Below are positions 60,303 through 64,000 of a stretch of DNA of 64,000 bases, piece by piece. The stretch's first letter is position 1, and every line of letters begins with the position of its first letter. The notes under the pieces were generated by a model. The model did no database searches and was not told the DNA's origin. It saw only the letters and a list, made by a program, of their open reading frames with translations. Both the position numbers and the translations under genes were made by a program. The stretch is from the NCBI GenBank assembly GCA_945872355.1, contig CAMBZU010000002.1, forward strand, positions 16,455-80,454, read 5' to 3'. The stretch is from Chitinophaga pinensis. GTDB taxonomy: Bacteria; Bacteroidota; Bacteroidia; UBA4408.

Positions 60303-61565
60303 ATGGCAAACTTAACCAATCGTAATGAATACATAAATAAACTTTTGTCTTATAGAGATAAAGACCTTATTAAGGTGGTGAGTGGTTTGCGGAGGTCAGG
60401 AAAGAGCACACTTTTGGCCTTGTACCGACAAAAATTATTAAAACTTGGTGTAGGCAATCGCCAAATTCAGTTTTATAATTTTGAGTTGCCCGAAAATTAT
60501 TTGAATAAAAACTGGGATGACATCTATTTTGAGATTAAGAAAGCATTACAAGAAAATATGTCTAACTATTTGTTTTTGGACGAAGTGCAAAACATTCCAC
60601 ACTTTGAAAAATTAGTTGATGGACTTTTCGCAACCGATAATGTAGACGTTTATATCACAGGATCAAACGCTTTTTTATTGAGTAGTGAATTGGCAACATT
60701 GTTGAGCGGGCGATACATAGAAATTTCCATTTTGCCCTTTTCATTCAAAGAATATTTAACGGCACGAAACATTGATATAGAAAACAAATATCTTAATTAT
60801 GAAGCACTTTTTTTTGATTATGTAAACGAAACCTCCTTACCAAAAGGTGTAGAACTTCGGGAGGGGGGATATGACAAAATTTACGAATATTTATATGCTA
60901 TTTACACTACAATTATTGAAAAAGACATATCGCAACGCCACCAAATAAATGATAAACGAGCCTTTGGCAATATCGTTAAATTTATGGCTTCCCATGTTGG
61001 CAGTGCACTTTCGCCAAGTAACATTTCAAAAACCTTAAAACAAGACGGACAAAGCATACACCACTCCACAGTTGAAAAATACCTCGAATATTTAATTTCC
61101 AGTTTTGTGTTTTACAAAGTGCATCGCTTCGATTTAAAAGGCAAGAAACAATTGGCTACACAAGAAAAATATTATATAGTTGATACTGGGATACTTAACA
61201 TTTTAGTGGGAAAGGAACGAACGACAGACAGGGGACATATTTTAGAAAATATTGTTTACTTGGAACTATTAAGAAGGGGCAACAAAATTTGGACCGGTAC
61301 AAGCCGCAACAGTGAAGTAGACTTTGTATGCAAAACCAACACCGGAAATATTGAATATTACCAAGTGGCTTGGCAATTATCTAACCAAAAGACTGAGGAA
61401 AGAGAGTTTGGGTCGCTGCAAAAAATCAACGACAATTATCCAAAGTTTCTAATTACCACTGATAGTTTCACCCAAAGTAAAGCAGGGATAAAACACTTGA
61501 ATGTTTTTGATTGGTTGCTTGATAGAAATGTAAATTTGTCAATCCCAAATGCGCACGAAGCATAA
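60303..61565 (+). CDS. AAA+ ATPase (COG1373-type, with a DUF4143-like C-terminal domain).
   Basis: 420 aa. Walker A GLRRSGKST and Walker B YLFLDEVQ are present. Confidence 0.7.
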   Translation: MANLTNRNEYINKLLSYRDKDLIKVVSGLRRSGKSTLLALYRQKLLKLGVGNRQIQFYNFELPENYLNKNWDDIYFEIKKALQENMSNYLFLDEVQNIPHFEKLVDGLFATDNVDVYITGSNAFLLSSELATLLSGRYIEISILPFSFKEYLTARNIDIENKYLNYEALFFDYVNETSLPKGVELREGGYDKIYEYLYAIYTTIIEKDISQRHQINDKRAFGNIVKFMASHVGSALSPSNISKTLKQDGQSIHHSTVEKYLEYLISSFVFYKVHRFDLKGKKQLATQEKYYIVDTGILNILVGKERTTDRGHILENIVYLELLRRGNKIWTGTSRNSEVDFVCKTNTGNIEYYQVAWQLSNQKTEEREFGSLQKINDNYPKFLITTDSFTQSKAGIKHLNVFDWLLDRNVNLSIPNAHEA

Positions 61566-61615
61566 CCGGCACATTTTGCTCAGAACTAGTAATCCTTTAT
61601 TTCTTTTGCCCTTTT

Positions 61616-61640
61616 ATACCAATGTGATTTATAAATTAAT
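61616..61640 (+). mobile_element. Solo MITE-A terminus remnant (~25 bp).
   Basis: ataccaatgtgatttataaatta is identical to the terminal repeat of the family A MITE. Confidence 0.5.
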
Positions 61641-61733
61641 AAGGAATGAAAGCGCTAAATCAAAAGTTGAATAAGAAAATTTAAGTCTCATTTTATTTAA
61701 GAAAAATGGATTTTCTCAAATAAAGCATCCCCC

Positions 61734-63491
61734 TCAATACTCCCAATCATAAGTTTCTTCTTCAAAAGTATCATTGGTAAGTGTGTGTTTTTTTTGAAGA
61801 AATGGTAAAAGGTTTTGATCCTGATAAAAGTACTCAACCTCTTTTTCCATGCGCTGAAATTCGTAATAATAATACTTAATTAATCTACCAAACTCATCGT
61901 ATTGGTAAAAGTAATTATACCTGTCATTTTCAACATGTGCCTCAATTAATCTGTCTTTCTCATCAAATCCTATTTCTACATCATTGTGTTCATATTTTAT
62001 TGATTTTATAGCATCTACTTGCTTGTTTTTATTGAAGGACAAACAAACATCATGGAAACATAATTCATTGTTTATAAAAGATATTTTTTTGATTTCATCT
62101 TCCCTATAATTACTCCTTCCATTTGTATTAATATAATAGCAATTGTTTTCATTGTAAAAATAGTAATAGTCGTTACGAGTGCCTGGTTTTTCAGCTTTCC
62201 TAATCATTAAATTACCTTTATCATCATACACATCATTCTTTTTATTTTCAGTGGTATTAATTCTTTTTTTAGAGTTTGGTTTATCATTATCTTTTTCGGT
62301 GAAATAACTGTAATTGGTTTGTTCAGCTACTTTTTGAAAATTTGATGCATTGAGATTAAACTCATAAACAAAATCACCACGATAGTTTTTCTTATTGTCT
62401 TTAAAAGTTTGATAACTGCCAACAGTTAATTTTTTAGGTTTATTGTTTGCATTATTCATTAAAAATAGACTCGTAATTTTAGGCTCTTGACGGTATTTAC
62501 CATAGTTGTTAATTATATCAAAATAATCGAAATTACTAAACTGATGTAGTGGTTTAGCTAACTTTGAAAAAGACGCATACATCGGAAAAATTTCTAATAT
62601 ACTCTTGCATTCATCATAAGGAATAAAAATATCATATGAACTGCCTTGGCTAACAAAAGTGCTTTTGCTGTATGCAGGAAATTCAATGATTAAGCCCCAT
62701 CCGTACCAGTAATAATTGGCGGCTTGCACATCAATTATGCCCCTATTGTTTGCTTTTTGCTTTTGTGGTGTTGATGCGCTGGTATTTTCCTCATTGACAT
62801 CAGATGCTGTTTCTTCATTTTCATTTTCTTCTCCATCGCTTTTCCAATCATTAACATATTGAAGTACATATGGTGTCAACAAATTTTCTAAACTTTTAAT
62901 TTCTGCTTGGTTAAATACCTTTTTTAAGGCGCTTATACTTTCAGAAAAGCAATCAGCAACAAAGTACTCAGTAATATTTATTTCTATTTCATTATTGTTA
63001 TTGTAATAACCGCTTCCATTGGATGCTACCTTGTATTCAAAGTTTTGCTTAAACGTAATTTTATTATTGCAAATAGAAACAAAATCAATATCGATGGATT
63101 TTAATTCTATTAAATTGATATCTGAATCATAAGAATTATAGTAACCGCTGTTTTTTCGATTTACTTGGTCGAGATAATTGCCAACCCTGGCTTTTACTTG
63201 ATTGTGCAGCTCAAATTTTCTTTTGTCATCTTTCCAAGCAAACAGGGCTAATTTTTCAATAAAGGCATTTAATGTATTATAATCGTCAGCGCCTTCATTG
63301 CGCATTGCAAAGTAATTTATTTCTATTTCACGATTTAAGTTCAGCTCAGCATCTTTAATTTCTTTGTACTTGTTATTATATGTGTACTCCCGATTGCTAA
63401 ATACATCAAACACTGTTTTGTTTTGCGCTAAGCCTTTTATAGCTTGCATTAGCAATAGAAGCAATATCAAAAATCTAAGTATTATTTTCAT
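61734..63491 (-). CDS. Hypothetical secreted protein with an Asn/Tyr-rich C-terminal region containing YD-repeat-like motifs.
   Basis: 585 aa. Signal peptide MKIILRFLILLLLLMQAIKGLA. YD-like segments include YFYQYDEFGRLIKYYYYE. Confidence 0.5.
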   Translation of the reverse strand: MKIILRFLILLLLLMQAIKGLAQNKTVFDVFSNREYTYNNKYKEIKDAELNLNREIEINYFAMRNEGADDYNTLNAFIEKLALFAWKDDKRKFELHNQVKARVGNYLDQVNRKNSGYYNSYDSDINLIELKSIDIDFVSICNNKITFKQNFEYKVASNGSGYYNNNNEIEINITEYFVADCFSESISALKKVFNQAEIKSLENLLTPYVLQYVNDWKSDGEENENEETASDVNEENTSASTPQKQKANNRGIIDVQAANYYWYGWGLIIEFPAYSKSTFVSQGSSYDIFIPYDECKSILEIFPMYASFSKLAKPLHQFSNFDYFDIINNYGKYRQEPKITSLFLMNNANNKPKKLTVGSYQTFKDNKKNYRGDFVYEFNLNASNFQKVAEQTNYSYFTEKDNDKPNSKKRINTTENKKNDVYDDKGNLMIRKAEKPGTRNDYYYFYNENNCYYINTNGRSNYREDEIKKISFINNELCFHDVCLSFNKNKQVDAIKSIKYEHNDVEIGFDEKDRLIEAHVENDRYNYFYQYDEFGRLIKYYYYEFQRMEKEVEYFYQDQNLLPFLQKKHTLTNDTFEEETYDWEY

Positions 63492-64000
63492 ATTGACTGC
63501 GTATAAAAAGTAAAAATCAATTGTTTACCAGCCACATCATAGGTAAATTTAAGTCTCGAAAAGTCATTTTTTTCAAGTGTTTTACGCATATCTTCAACGG
63601 TAAAATTTATTTCATTTTCAATGGAAGTATACACCTCGTTATTGCCTTTGGTGCAATTAATTTTTATTTCGCCACAAGCGTATTTGCCGCCTAGCATTAA
63701 AAAATTAGAAGTTCCATTTAAAGTTTGATAGCCTTTGGGCCCATAAAAAGTAAGCTGCACTTTTGAAACAGTGGCAATGATTCCAAAAAATAATTCAAGT
63801 TCAGCAGGTGTTAATTTAATATCATTTTCTAGTACAGCAAAAGACGCTACTTGATTATAAATATATGGTTGAGCTTTACTTACATTAATTTCAAGAGTAT
63901 TATTAATGATGGCAGGTACAAAGCAATCATTGGCTTCTTTTTGTGTTTCAAGTTTTATTTTTTTTTCGGCACTAAATGCCACTGATTTAGTATCAAATAG
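63488..64000 (-). CDS. Hypothetical protein, 5'-truncated by the window end; its stop overlaps the downstream gene start by 4 bp.
   Basis: The ORF track shows 63488..63982 with a GTG start, but the frame stays open to position 64000. Confidence 0.45.
   Translation of the reverse strand, partial: LFDTKSVAFSAEKKIKLETQKEANDCFVPAIINNTLEINVSKAQPYIYNQVASFAVLENDIKLTPAELELFFGIIATVSKVQLTFYGPKGYQTLNGTSNFLMLGGKYACGEIKINCTKGNNEVYTSIENEINFTVEDMRKTLEKNDFSRLKFTYDVAGKQLIFTFYTQSI

Noticed and set aside
1-64000. A scan for CRISPR arrays, rRNA and prophage structural genes.
   Set aside because: No regularly spaced direct repeats with unique spacers were seen. No rRNA-like conserved blocks were seen. The only phage-like gene is the tail-fibre-like fibre protein, which has no neighbouring phage structural or integrase genes.

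Overview
This 64-kb window is AT-rich chromosomal DNA from a Bacteroidota genome, judging by low GC and many proteins carrying type IX secretion (T9SS) C-terminal sorting domains. It holds about 48 protein genes, mostly on the minus strand. No rRNA, tRNA or CRISPR array was found. Core genes include uspA-like, pdxJ, an IMPase, lgt, mtaB-like, purL, gpmI, kbl, xseA, korAB, sppA, a histidine kinase, an ECF-type sigma factor and a GT2 glycosyltransferase. Between them sits an unusually large set of secreted T9SS cargo proteins: a giant beta-helix/Ig-repeat adhesin, an M43-like metalloprotease, an FG-GAP protein, a pentaheme c-type cytochrome, a lipase-like hydrolase and a SprB-repeat fibre with a phage tail-fibre-like C-terminus. 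The intergenic space is repeat-dense. There are at least three MITE-like families (A, B, C) with related termini and a fourth (D) with distinct termini, and one D copy donates the 3' end of a DUF3820 gene. A REP-like hairpin cluster flanks a truncated IS200/RAYT-type transposase. A GIY-YIG nuclease cassette is bounded by perfect 102-bp GC-rich direct repeats. Three tandem tail-less ssb paralogues share a mosaic block of perfect identity. A heptamer repeat tract lies in one promoter region. Also present are an orphan SiaB/SiaC-like partner-switch pair, a KirBac-like K+ channel, a PaaG/PaaD-like pair without the rest of the paa cluster, and several large uncharacterised lipoproteins. Functional assignments rest on motif recognition by eye and need confirmation by HMM or BLAST searches.
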